Shown here in pieces: positions 26,201 to 39,654 of a stretch of DNA of 53,527 nt (its first letter is position 1; each line of letters begins with the position of its first letter). The notes under the pieces are model-generated. The model did no database searches and was not told the DNA's origin. It saw only the letters and a list, made by a program, of their open reading frames with translations. The position numbers and the translations under genes were made by a program. This DNA is from Gnetum montanum. Its lineage: Eukaryota > Plantae > Gnetophyta. The DNA lies in assembly GCA_015680685.1 (NCBI GenBank), contig MNCI01000497.1:258723-312249 (forward strand), written 5' to 3'.

Positions 26201-26953
26201 TTTAAGTATTTTTCAGTAGCCAAGAAACCCACTAACACCTTAACTCATGATCAAGCTTGTTTCATATCTCAACCTTTCAACCTAGTCATGGGAAATATGT
26301 CTATTGAACCTAACATCTTATAAGGGCATGATTTTCAATTTTTTTCCATTTTCTCTCTTAACTTTTCTATTTCTTATAAATTTTCATTTTCTTTTATACT
26401 TTTCCTTTCTTTGCATCATTTTTCTTTTCATGTATTTACTTTAATTTCATTTAATTTTGACTTTCTCATTAGCATTAATAAGGATTGTCATTTATGTATA
26501 AGGTAACATTGTTGTTTGGATATCATCCTATGGTATCAAGATGATTGGAAAAGTGGTTGTATAAAGTAATGAGATCATGTCATTCATCCTTTTATGTCTA
26601 TAAAAAAGATATCTTTACCAGGAAAGCCATGTGGTTATTCTAACATTAAAACTAAAATTAACACATGATCTTTATGCTTTGAGAAAAGGGGGAAGGATTA
26701 AGAGGGAATAGAAAGGGTGTGACATTAAGAGGATTTGCTAATTTTGTATACTTCCTCTATGGGTCCTACCAATCTATGTATTTATATAATTACTCATGTT
26801 TTACTTTTTGATGAAAGCATGTTCTTGAATATGTGTTGCTTTACCATGTCATTGGAAAGACATGTTACACATGCTTGAAGGTAAGCTACTTCCAAGGATC
26901 CCAAAGGTTTCTTAGACTAGTCCCATTTTGTAATTGGAAAGAGGTGTTACCCA

Positions 26954-28027
26954 TGTGGACTTTTTGTTATGTAAAAATGTTAAGAAAAATGAAGAACAAG
27001 GTTGTTTTTAATGGCTCTGTGGTTGTTGTGTTTGTAGAACAAGAACTTGGATTGAGATTAGAAGGCCTATAGAAGTTCAAGATATGGACAAGGAATGAAG
27101 AATTTAAAATGCAAAAGGAGCTAAAGAAAGATGTCTCCAAGAAATAGTAGACACCTTGGTATAATTGAAGGTAGTACAAGAGAAGACATCTCTGCAAAAC
27201 AATAGATGTCTTTTTGGAAAAAATGTCATCTTTCATAAGAAGAAGATGTCTTTCCAAAATGAAGGACTATTGCAGAAAGACATCATTCATTAGAAGAAGA
27301 TGTCTTTCTAGAATGGAGGTTAGATGTAAAAAGATGTCTCAGTCTTGAAGAAGAAGCCTTTGATTGACTAGCCATTAGATGGATTTTGAGGTGATTTCAA
27401 AGACATATTGGCTATAAGAAAACTTCATTCTTATTGGGAAAAGTGCAAGCATTGTGTACTAGCTATTGTAATCATTTGGCGCAATCATTGTAATCATTCT
27501 TGCTTCTCATTGTACAATATTTTGTTTGTTGTAATTGGTGAAAGTGAGTTATACCTCAAGTGCAAGGATTAGCAAACTTTGTTACATTCTTTCCTTGTGA
27601 TTTTTGTTCTCTATTGCTGCCCTACGGGGTTGATGTGCTTCTTGTGGAAAGAATCTTACTTGAGCTTGTCAAGATCCTAAGGGATTAAGTGTTGGTGTAG
27701 TGTCACAATAGTCTAGAGTGGAACTCAAGTTATAAAGGTTTTGGGGTCTTGGAAATCACATTCTAATCTTGTCAAGACCTTACAAGGTTAAGTGGATTCA
27801 TAGCATCAAACCAAGTTATTGTAGAGCTTAGAGCTTGTATAGGGTGTGGTATCCTTGAAACCACATTTGAGAGCAACAAAATCTGGAGGTGTGCTTGTGA
27901 ACTACCCTTTGAGTGTGGACTATCCAAGTTGGGGAACCATGTTAAATTTGGTGTGTGCACTTTTTCTCAAAGAATTTTAATTTGGAAAAATTATTCATCC
28001 CTCTCCTTCTAAGTTCAATAATCCACA
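26954..28027 (+). repeat. 5' LTR of element 3
   Basis: TGTGGA...TCCACA, followed by the PBS. Confidence 0.9.
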
Positions 28028-28080
28028 AGTGGTATTGAAGCCTATTATTCTTCATCATCATCAACTTCAAAGAGTAAACA

Positions 28081-29795
28081 ATGGAGGGAACATATTATAC
28101 AAAGCCACCCATGGTCGATGGATTTGACTTTGCCTCTTGGAAGGCTAGAATGCAAGGATTCTTTGAATCCATGGAGTTTGAGGTTTAGGAGTCCATCCTA
28201 GAAGGCTACATTCCAGTTGTTGATAGCTGCATTGGCATCATCAAGCCCCACAAGAAATGGACACAAGAGGAGAAAGATAAGTTCATGTTCGATTCAAAAG
28301 AAAAGAATTGTTTGTATTGTGCTTTGAATAAATCTAAATTTCATAGATTAGCAGGATGTAAAATGGCTAAAGAAATTTGGCAAACTTTAGAAGCTACTTA
28401 TGAAGGAACCTCTATTATTAAGTAATCAAAATTGTTAGTCTTGCAAAGAAAATATAATAAGCTTAAAATGAGAGAAGGTGAGAAAATAAAAGATTACTTT
28501 TCTAGAGCAAATGATATTGTTGTAGCTATTGGGGGTACTAGTAAAGATTTTCTCGAAAGAAATGTTATCATCAAAATGATTAGAACTCTTCAATTGGAGT
28601 TCAAACCAAAGGTAATGGCTATGGAAGAAATTAGAGATTTTTCAACTCTAAAATTTGAAGTGCTTCAAAGTGCTCTCATTGCTTATGAAATGAATCTCAT
28701 AAGTGAAAGAGCTATCCAAGAAAGACTTTTTGCTCTAAAGAGTACTTCCAAGGAGAAGGAGATAAATAAGCATGATGAGGGTAGTGAAGATGAGATTTCC
28801 TTTCTCTCAAGAAAGATACAACGATTACTTACAAGAAGAAAAAAGGGTGCATATTAGCAAAGATCCAATCTATTTAAAGGTAATGAAAAAGGTAAAATTT
28901 TTTTGAATTCTAACGTAGATTTCTCTTCTATAGAATGTTGGGTTTGTGGAGGAAGAGGCCACATGGCCTTTGAATGTTCTAGTGATACTAGGGTTCAGCA
29001 AAAGTATAGATCCAATGATGAGAAATTGAAAAATACCAACTTTTATACAAGTTGGGATGATGGTGAGCAAAGTGAAGAAGAAGGAAGAAACTCTACCAAA
29101 GATTCTCATCTCATATGCATGGAACTTATAGATGAAAATTATTTACATATGGTTGAAGAAGGTGGTAAGTGTGATGAAAGGTATAGTGAACTTAGAGAAG
29201 AAATTCTTCTTCTACATTATTTTCTTAGGAAAGCAAGGAAATTTTTAATTTTTAAGCTAGATTCTAGTCACACTAAAATGAAAGAAGAAATGTTAGACAT
29301 AAAAATTGAGATTCCATAACTAACCACCTTAAATAAAGATTGTAGAAAGGTTTAGAAGAAAAGACTCTTAAAAAACAACCAAAGAATCTCACTCAGGAGG
29401 ATACAAATTCAAGCTCAAGCGTAGTCAAGTTTGACAATATTATTACTTAGGAAATTAATTTATTTGTTTTTAAAAATTATGGTTGTAAGAAAAAATTTAA
29501 TTATTCTCATGATGATCAAAACAAGATTGAAACTTGATCTTGTAAAAAATAGTTTGGTAAGAAAATTTTGTAGGCACCAGTAGTTGAAAATGAAGAGAAG
29601 TGAAGAATTAAAAATTTTCTCAAAGAGACAAATGATGCAATAAGTGATCAAGGATTATTTCATAAAGAACATGAACAAATAGAGGAATCATATAAATGAT
29701 TTAATGAGAAAGAACCTAAAGATAAGAAGGTACTTCATGATAGGGGACCTCATCTCAAACTCGATTGATCTTCTCTTCTCATTTGCAAGTAAGGT
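28081..29795 (+). pseudogene. Copia/SIRE-type gag remnant, element 3
   Basis: MEGTYYTKPPMVDGFDFASWKARMQGFFESM, KLKMREGEKIKDYFSR, knuckle CWVCGGRGHMAFEC, coiled-coil tail. Confidence 0.88.
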
Positions 29796-31556
29796 AAGTG
29801 AAGGTAAATTTCCATCTCTTTGCTTGCTAAATAATTTATAAGTACATAATTTGAGAAGTCCAAATTGTTTTTGATTCATGCTTACATTTTTTATGGAATG
29901 TTATATCTAGATTAGAAAATTATTGAAATAAAATCTTAGAGTATCTTATATTCATTTTGAACTTGAAGCAAATGGTTTTATGAAAATATGTGGTGTAGCA
30001 CTTGTAATAATTTCTTTTTGGGCTTGTAGCTTACTTTCAATCTTGCATGGTCTAAACTTCTTGTGATGATCTATTTCTAAGCTCATGTCCTTTTTAGCCA
30101 GTTTTGTAATAAGTCATGAATTTTAAGTAGACACTACTCTGAAAATTCTATTAATACTATTGATTGGAGACCTTAGTCTCCACATTTGATCTTAACGATT
30201 GACCTGTAGCTGTAGTACTTTGGTGATATACGATGATTATTTTCTTGATAAATACAAGATGATTTTAAAAGCCCAAGGAGAGCTACACATGTGTAGGGGG
30301 AGTCTATTCCTCATTATCTATCATAATTTTGGAGGCCACTAATGTTGGGAGAGTCTTTGGAGGCTTCTACCAAGAAACACTCTAGCAGTAAAATATCACA
30401 TTCCAAAAATTAGCAAGAATTCATGTCATGCAAGGGTATAGTATTCAAGGTAAAAGTAGAATTAAATATTGGTTAAGAAATCTTATAGATATCTTTTAGT
30501 TACATTTGGTTACTATTTGAACATCTTGTTAACAATGTATTTGGTTGTTTTTAAGCATCTACTTATTTCGATTTGGTATTACTCTTACAAGCATGTCCTT
30601 TCTTTCTTGCCATATAATTACATTCATAATGCTTTCATAAGAGTTGAGTACTGATGGAATCATGAAATATTAATTTACCTTATGAGCTTATTTGTTCAAA
30701 AGGATAGGTTACTTGATCCTCATAGCTCAAGAATTTTATTTTGATAAGGGGAAAATCCTATTTGTTTTGATATCTTCAGCCCTATGAAAGCTTTGCTAAG
30801 AAATGGGTATTTTTTTTTGTTTGCATCTCTAAGATAATACAACTTAATATGAAAATATTACTATGAATATATCTTCCCTTGATTACTTATGATGTCTCTT
30901 GTTAATAAGGTCTAAGGTAAAGCAAGAAGTACTTATATTTCTATTGTGGAGGCCTATTAAGGAGTTATTGAAATTGGTTGAATAATATACCTTAAATTTT
31001 AAAAGACTCTTGTGATCATTATGGATATCTTTGAAATTGCTCTATTTGAAAAATGGTATATCTTTTATAAGATGAGTATAAAGATTATGCTGTCATGGAT
31101 ATCTTTTGTGATAATGATATTGCTACAACTAATCAGTCTTGGAAATTTTATGTCATTTTCCTATTCCACAAAGGAGAGACGTTTTTGTGATTGTTGAGAC
31201 TTTGCACATATGTGATTGATGTGATAACTAGATAGATAGTTATTTTGACAGTTTATGAAATAGATGGTGTTTTCCTTTAATATCTCTATGTGGTGTTCTT
31301 TTGATCTTTACTTTTTCATTTGCATCATTTATTATTTTCAAAATTTTACTAAATAACCTTGATCCTCAATGCTTTATCTTAATCCTTGGCTGCCATAGGA
31401 ATTTATATGTTTTTTAGTGCTTTATTTATATGCTTTATCCTTTTTGATGCTATTAAAAAAGGAGAGCATAGTTATGGATATATTTTATATTTTGGAGATT
31501 TTTCATGTCTACTAACCCATTTTGTTAAGTTTTGAACATCACCAAAAAGGGGAGAT

Positions 31557-32632
31557 TGTGGACCTTTTGGTATGTCAAATGTTAAGAAAAATGGAGAATA
31601 AGTTTCTTGATGTGGTTGTTGTGTTTATAGGACAAGAACTTGGATTGAGATAAGAAGGCTTGTAAAAGTTCAAGGACATGGACAATGAACAAAGAATTCA
31701 AAATGCAAAGGGAGTTGAAAAAAGATGTCTCTAAGAAACATTAGATGTCTTGATAGAAGTGAAGGTAGTACAAGAGAAGATTTCTTTGCAACATAGTAGA
31801 TGTCATTCTAGAAAGAAAGACATCTTTCATCAAAAGAAGATGTCTTTCTAGAATGAAGGATTGTTGTCAAAAGATGTCTTTCATTAGAAGAAGACTTGTT
31901 TCTAGAATGGAGGTCAAATGCAGAAAGACATCTTAGTCTTGAAGAAGATGTCTTCAGTAACTGTTAACTAGCTTTTGCACAGATTTTGAGGTGATTTCAA
32001 AAACATATTGGCTATAAGAAGACTTCATTCTCATTGGGAAAAATGTAAGCATTATGTACTATCTACTATAATCTTTTGGCAATCATTGTAATCATTCTTG
32101 CTCCTCATTATACAATCTTTTTTCTGTTGTAATTGGTCAAGGTGAGCTATACCTCAAAGTGTAAGGATTAGCAAGCTTAGTTGCATTCTTTCCTTATGAT
32201 TGTTATCCTCTAGTGTTTCCCTACAAGGTTGATGTGCTTCTTGTGGAAAGGCATCTTGCTTGAGCTTGTTAGGATCCTAAGGGATTTAGTGTTGATGTAG
32301 AGCCATAACACTCCAAAGTGAAGCTCAAATTGTAAAGGTTGTGGGATCTTGAAGACCACATTCTAAGCTAGTTAGGACCTTATAGGGTTAAGTGGATTCG
32401 TAGTGTCAAATCACTTTGTTATAGACCTTAGAGCATGGATAGGGTGTGGTACCTTCCAAACCAGATTTGAGAGTAAAAAAGTCTAGAGGTATGCTTGCGA
32501 ACTACCCTTCGAGTTTGGACTACCCAAGTTGGGGAACCATGTAAAATTTGGTGTGTGTGCTTTGTCTCAAAGAATTTTGATTTGGGGAACTTATTTATCC
32601 CTCTCCCTACCTTCTAAGTTCAATGATCCACA
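31557..32632 (+). repeat. 3' LTR of element 3
   Basis: Preceded by the PPT, followed by the TSD. Confidence 0.9.
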
Positions 32633-33899
32633 ACCCATGCCTAAAGGTACTATTATTGTGGAATTAATATTGACTATGAAACTAAAAATATATGTTACTC
32701 ATGCTTGAAGACATCCCTCTAACCAATGGTCAATTTTCTTAAAAATACTTAATGTTTAAGTAATTACTTAATAAAAAATGCTTCATTATTTTCTTCTGTA
32801 GATTAAAGATGTTTTCATATAGCTGTGATGGTCCTATGGTTATAAGTTCAAGATGGTATAATGTGATGTCATGGGATAAGGTATGGACTTGGTCTGAAAT
32901 CGAGAGTGATAAGTATGATGATCAATTTAATCATAGTTGACATAAGAACCTATTGTAGACATGGTAAAGCATCTCACATCCTTTTTCTTTGTAGTACCTT
33001 CTTATTTCATTATTCACCTCATCAATGCATGCAATTGCTCAGTTGATGTTTTTGATTTATTATATTGCATTATTTCAAAGATAGTTGTGATGTGGATGTG
33101 GCATATGGATTGGATCAATACTCAATTTGCAACATTCTTGTGGATGCCTTATGGAATGGTTATATAAGGGCATTTAGAGCATGAACTTACTTTGGGAAGG
33201 ACTCACTTGTATGAATTTTGGACATCTAATCTATATACCATCTTCACATAATAAAATCATTCGGCTATAGTTCCAAGTTTATTGCATCCCTCATTTTTCA
33301 ACCATCTTCTCATGATTTTTGTCAAAGTGTCAAACCCCTATTCTTAGTGGTATGGCTTCTCAACATTTATAAACATCTATAAACCTCATTGATGACATCC
33401 TCATATTTCCTCTTTTTAACTCTCATTTGATTTCCAAATCACTTCAAAATTTTCAAAAATAGGCTAGAAATTTAAAAGAAAAATTTGAGTTAACATTGTG
33501 TCAATGTGCTCCCATCAATGTAGTTAGATACATTAATGCAGTATGAAAGAAACTATATATACATGATTTTTGGTAAAATTTTTGTTATTTTTCTTTAAAA
33601 TGAAAGAAGATTTTTTATATTTTTATAATCTTAGAGACTTCTACAAGTGATATCTTGAGCTATACACATTTGATTTTACTCATTTTTAATTCTACAAGTT
33701 TTCGAAGTTCAGCTCTATGTCATGGGAACACTTAAGTAGGATTTTTCAAAAATTTTTAACACCTTAAAATTGAATAGCTAAGGTAGTCAAGAATAAAAAC
33801 TAATACAAATGAATTAAACTAACAATGTCTAGCTACCTTAGGGACTTGAAACCATAAGCCTACAATAACTTAGGAGTGATAGAGATATATTTTTTTAAA

Positions 33900-36790
33900 A
33901 TTAGAGTAACTAATGGATGTTCGAAGGGTACCAACACTTGCATTCATACTACTAAGATTAATCGAGGGTTATCAATGTAATTGTAGATGGTGCAAAAGTG
34001 AGGTCCTTAAGTGGGTGGACCATCAAAGCTAAGAAATAAGCACCTAAGTGGAGGTTGAGGATAATAATAACAACAACAAGTAGAATTAGCAATGGAAGCA
34101 ACACATGCCATATGACTGCTAAGAGAGGAACTTGGGGTAAAATTTGTCTAATAGATTTCCACCATGGAAATAAAGTACTCTAGGTAGAACAAAGTGCCTA
34201 GACATAGGCCAAGCCTTAATGTTAGACACATGAAGGCTTGCTTGGAGAAGGTCTATGGCAAGAAGGTTTAGAACATGGTTTTTTAGGCATCAAGCTGTGG
34301 ATTAGTCTTAGATTTCATACTTTAGAAGATTCATGCACAATTATAAGTATCCTTGTTTTGATCCATCATTTCCGCCAATGGAGAATGATACCTTTTCAAA
34401 ATCTATCTTTTCTAGAATAATCAATAAATAGATGCAACAACAAAAATTAAGGATATTACCATTTTCTACTTGGTAGAGGCCATAACAAAGGCCTTAGGAT
34501 TGTGTAATCTAGGAGAAAATATTTCAAAGATTTTAACATAGTCTAATGTAGAGGCAAAGAAGGAATGAACTCAAAGGTATTATGGCATTGATTGTTAGTG
34601 GTACAGTACTCTAACCAAAGTAGAGAAAACTTACTTCAAGATAATCATGTATCATTTCAATCCAATGGTATGACCTAATGAAGTCATGTCATTCTCTACT
34701 AGGGCATGTGTAGCTCTCAATGGAAAATTCCTTGTCTGCTTACCTCAGCTAATCTTCTTGGAGATTTAGAAGAGATTTAAGGATAATGAAAAAGGTAGGA
34801 AGACACCTATTTTCTTACTTGATTTCAAATTTGTACAAAAGGGAAGGATTTACCTATGATGTCATTGACCTATTTTAAAAGGATTGTACTATAGTATGAT
34901 AGGAATAATGAAGAAAGAGATATTCTTTAAGTTTTAGGGGGAGGTACTATCACCATCCTCACTATCGAAGAATATTGTAAACATAGAAGAATACCTAAGA
35001 TAGCAAAAGGAGTAGCAATAATAACAAGCATCTAGTGGTTATGAACTGACAACATATTGCCTAATTATGAGTCATCTAGACAAGGTCATAATGATCATTA
35101 GGTTGCCATCAAATGATATGGGAAAATTATTCTTCATACAAGGAGATCAAACTACTAATTGTGCTAATCCTACCATAGGGGAGTTTGCAGTATCCCTACT
35201 AGATAAATAAGTTCTTGAAATTTTAAGTAATGCCAAAACTTTCTTTATGGTATTGGAAGAAGAGGAAGGCACCATAATGATTATCATGTGACATAAGAAG
35301 CAAGAGATAGTAGAAAAGATAGTGAAAGATAGGATTGACAAAGTATTGAAGGTTCTTGTAGATCCTATGCATGTCATTATTGCTATGGTAGATATCCAAG
35401 TATTTGTAAGAATCAAATCTAGAGGAAGATTGTTTCTCAACATGAGGAAGTACTGGAAAGATTGATGGATCCTAGGTAACTAGTTTTAGTGAAATTTAAT
35501 ATCCTAAAAGACATATCAGATATCTAGTTTAAATTATTGGAAACAAGGAGCAAGCTATTAGTCATAGAATCACAACTATAAGAGGCTACCAAAATTAGTC
35601 AATGGTTGGTAGTTAAGGTTGTAGAACTTAGAGTCTACTTGTTCGATCCTACCTTTCTCTCTTAAGGCCTTACCAAGGACAAAGTCTTGAAGCAACTCGA
35701 AGCCAAGTAGTAAGAGGTAGAGATTGAGATGGAAAAGGTTATCTAGGATGCATCCTTGTCAGATACATTGCTACATAGTACTAATAATGATCTCGTCTTG
35801 GTGCATTATTATAATAAGAACATGACTAAGGAGAATAAGCAATTGGTTCATGTAGAAACACAAAAGGAACCATTGGAGAAATACTTTAAGCACCAATAGG
35901 AACAAATTGCTAAATGAACTAAGATCTTAGAAGGTTGACATAAGAAAATTAAAATTTATCAATGGAGAAGGTATGCTTCATAAGATAAAATTTAGCCATT
36001 GAGATTACTACATGAAAGAATGAAGCCCTAAAATATGTTAAGGTGAAGATTCATTATATGGACTAAATGGGCATGCTCAAAGAGATGAATGAGAAAGAAA
36101 TCTGATTGGCTAAAGTAAAGATAAATGATAACCCATATTTGAAGGGCTAATTGCATATCATCAAGTGGATATTTGCATGTAGGAGCTGTATATATTAAAA
36201 ATGATGTAGTACATGGATATGGCTAATCATAAATATGTAAACCTAGCAAGGTTTTGTTGATACATTTAGCCATTCTATGGAGCAGCAAGATGATTAAAAT
36301 NGCCAACTCATACCTATTGTATGGGGGTTAATTTAAGCTCCATAAAGAAATCAAGTAAATCCTTGAAGTGTGTAATGCAGAGCTTGAGATGCTCTAGTTA
36401 AAATTTGAAGATAAAAAATTTGTCATAGGAAACCTAGCTAGGAGGATAATAGACCATCAAGAGTTACAAAACATCACATGAGAATTTAACATTGAATGTA
36501 GGTAATTTGCACCTTGGTTTGTCAATGATAAAGAACTATTTTCTGCTTTTTCTTATCCATGGGATATGCCAACATTGTTAAATCGAGGTGATGCTATTTA
36601 GATTATCATTAATCCTAGAAGAAAGAAGATGAAGAAGAAGGCATTACTAGATGTCTTATGACTTTTAGAAGAAGTAGTAATAGTAGCGAGGTAGCGTAGA
36701 CTACTAGCAAAACCAATATAGAAGGAGCAACCACTAGAGCCATTGGAGCCATCACCTTGTGGCACCATCTAGGGCATCTACATTGACTAA
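33900..36790 (+). pseudogene. Putative decayed extra (env-like) ORF downstream of the Athila-like pol
   Basis: Sense-strand, purine-rich, coding-like stretch (RFMHNYKYPCFDP..RACVALNGKFLVCLPQLIFLEI; E/K-rich segments) at the position where Athila elements carry an extra ORF. Many stops. Confidence 0.4.
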
Positions 36791-37639
36791 TTTTGTACAA
36801 AATGACTAGTCAGAATTTTTTTATGTGTCCAAATTTTGTTGAGTACAATTATGAAAATAAAAATGAAATGAAGCTTTATTTTGTCTAAAGATCCATAGGA
36901 TCTATTGGATATCTATTGAATTTTCATGAAAAATAAAGATAGACTCTACAAATTGACCAAGCACTAATGGAGGTAATAAAAAAAATCAGATAGGATTTTT
37001 ATTTTAACATTATAACGTTGTTTCAAATGGTAGTAATAAAATAAGAAAGAAAGACATGTAACTCATCTTCAAAGGCTTTTGATATGCACAACCTACAAAT
37101 GTGGTCTTCTTAGAGGATTTGAATTCATCTTCCACTTTTAATTCTAAGATGATGAGAAATTAAGCAAAACTTGCTGATAGCATTATCATACTTAATGGGA
37201 ATAGTAGCTGAGAGATAGTAAGATTCCACATTTAGTTTATTATATCTAATGTGATGTAAATAAAATTTCCTCTTACCTTTTACATTAGTTCATATCCATG
37301 TTAAAACATTCTACTTGACTAGTTGGTGATTATGTTTAGGATTTTTTTCTTCATAAATGAAAAAATTACCTCTAAAGTTGCAGGCACAGGGTAGGATAAA
37401 TGAACATATACTATGCAAAGACAAAACATGTCTCCATAAAATGCAACAAAATACATAGTCATGATAAGAATTAATTGTCCATAAACCATCCATAAACTAT
37501 CCATATAATTAGCTATTGAAATACCTTCAACATGTACAAAAGCCACATATTTGCAAATCCACAAAAAAAATCACATATGTGTACATCAAGCTATCTCCCC
37601 CTTTTTGGACATCATTAAAAATGAGAGAGCTCCCAAAAA

Positions 37640-39300
37640 ATCTAATAATTGACCTTGGTTACATTATTTGAATCTTCATTTGAAGTAGTTATAGCTCTAG
37701 AAGGTCTGTAGGTCTACTCCTCATCATCATTGTTGCTGGAACTAGCGTTGGACGTGTGTTGCTCATCATCATCATCCGAAGAGGATAGCTAGATAGGAGC
37801 TCTTTATGGATGAAGCTTCACTTGAAATTGAGATGAAGCTAGTGGATTTGGCTGTGATGGAGTTTGTTGAGAGGATGAGAAAGCTCCCTTCCTCTAATAG
37901 GTGATGGCATTAGTAGGCCTCCATTGGGATGAAGTTCCAAATATGCTCTCCATGGATTGTTTCTTAAATGATCTAGGAGAGCCATCTTGATGATGAGAAT
38001 TGGGTCTAAGTTGCATGGGATTAGGATTCTCCCCCTAGACACATGTCAATGGTGCAATATGTTTCTCTGTATTAGACTCATTTCTTGAGTCACAAGCCTA
38101 GGAAGGTTCAACTACTACTAAATATCTCAGTGGAGTAGGAAGATCATCCTCACTATTTGAAATGAGAGGAATGGTGATCTCCCCAAACTGTTATCCATCC
38201 TAAGGAAGAGGTACTCTAGCTGCATCCATTCTCTTACATAGGTAAAAGAGATTCCTGCTAGTCATCCCTAAGGTATGAGCAAATGGTTGAAGGAGCTTCC
38301 TGAGGGAAGATCTTACCTATTCACTTGTAGATTTAGACCTTATCAACTAAGGAGAGGCCTAGGATGGTGGTGCCAATCTCTTCTTCTAGGACTAAGGTGA
38401 CTTGGTATTGGGTCCTACTTCATCAACATTAGAAGAACTCTTCTTTGCATACTCACCAAGGCCCCTCCTAATTTTGAGCAAAGGAAGTTTAGGAATGGAC
38501 ACACCTCTTTGATAAATTAGCAAACTAATAAGGTGAGGATGTCCAAAGATTCTCTCTTTAGTGAACATGTTGAGCATGTCATGGTAGAGAGTATGACCCA
38601 AGTCCAATGGTTCTCTTGTAAGAAGGAAATATAGAATAAAAGCTTAGGCTAGCTGTAAATAGTTATTACTTCCCCCTTTTACAATGATGTTGTACAAGAT
38701 AATGAGTGACAAAGTGGAAGCATCTAGAGATGTCTTATTCCTATAAATTCTCCCTCTATCAAGAGACACATACTTCCCAAACATTGTATCACAAAATTCA
38801 TCTTGGGTAATGGGAATTACATCATTCATAAAAATATCATTCATGGAATGGATGGTGACTTAGAAGACATCAACACTAGAGATGCTAAGAAGTGCATTAA
38901 TCACTTAAGGAGACACATCAATCATCAAACCCCCAACCATGGTAGTAAATGCCCCAACAACAACATTTGTAATGACAATGTTATAATAAAACTCTCGAAT
39001 AATAACTTTAGGCATACAAAAATCCATGGAAATGAAGGTAATCCCATTGAACACTTGGAAGAAACTCTTTAATGCTTGTTTTCTACACTGAGGGAAGGAC
39101 AAAGAATGCTTAGTAATGATGGAAATGATTCAAGTTACCTCAAATTGGTGCTAGGTGTTAATGGACCTGAATTGGGGGTTGTATGTGCTTAGATTGCTAG
39201 TGGATGCTTCCCTTGACCTTTTCTTTGGTGGGGCGCTTGATATTCCAACCTTCTTGTGGGCCATGGATGCACAAATCACTATTGGTAGGGCCCTTGTCAT
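37640..39300 (-). pseudogene. Env-like / Transposase_32-type ORF2, element 4
   Basis: MAHKKVG..PPKKRSR, PKVIIREFYYNI..VGGLMIDV, DASTLSLIILYNI, DLGHTLY..FGHPHLISLL. Confidence 0.75.
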
Positions 39301-39654
39301 TTCTCCTTGGTCATCTTGTTGAAAATAAGTCAAAAATAAGGATTTGAATTTTTATAATCACACTAAATGAGGATTTTTAACGAAAATGTAGACATCTTCT
39401 TTGAAAGATAGATGTCTCCTCCATGCCTAAAACTATAGGTAGATGTCTCTTCCACATTGAGGAAAAACTTAGGTAGACATCTCTATTTAGAAGTAGATGT
39501 CTCCTTTTGGAAGTAGACATCTCATAGGAGATGTCTTAAGGGAGATGTCTCTTTAGGATGAGGCTCAACAAGATGGGCTTCAGGAATGGCTGCTAAGGAA
39601 TATAGTCTTAGGAGATATACATAATGAATCAAAGACTTACCTTTACTTACCTTT

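Larger units (their letters stand above)
26954..32632 (+). mobile_element. SIRE-like non-autonomous LTR element 3 (gag only, no pol)
   Basis: LTRs 26954-28027 and 31557-32632, exact TSD ACCCA (26949-26953 / 32633-32637), PBS TGGTATTGAAGC (28030-28041), PPT CCAAAAAGGGGAGAT (31542-31556). Confidence 0.93.
6976..36800 (+). mobile_element. Degenerate Athila-like Ty3/gypsy element, host to three nested insertions (own segments ~6976-10186, 16150-17060, 24153-26953, 32638-36800)
   Basis: Collinear gag, PR, RT, RH and INT on plus, resuming across the insertions. Athila-type RT motif (KLNW*KSHLMV ~ LNWEKCHFMV) and INT motif. LTRs not confidently delimited and right boundary approximate. Confidence 0.8.
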
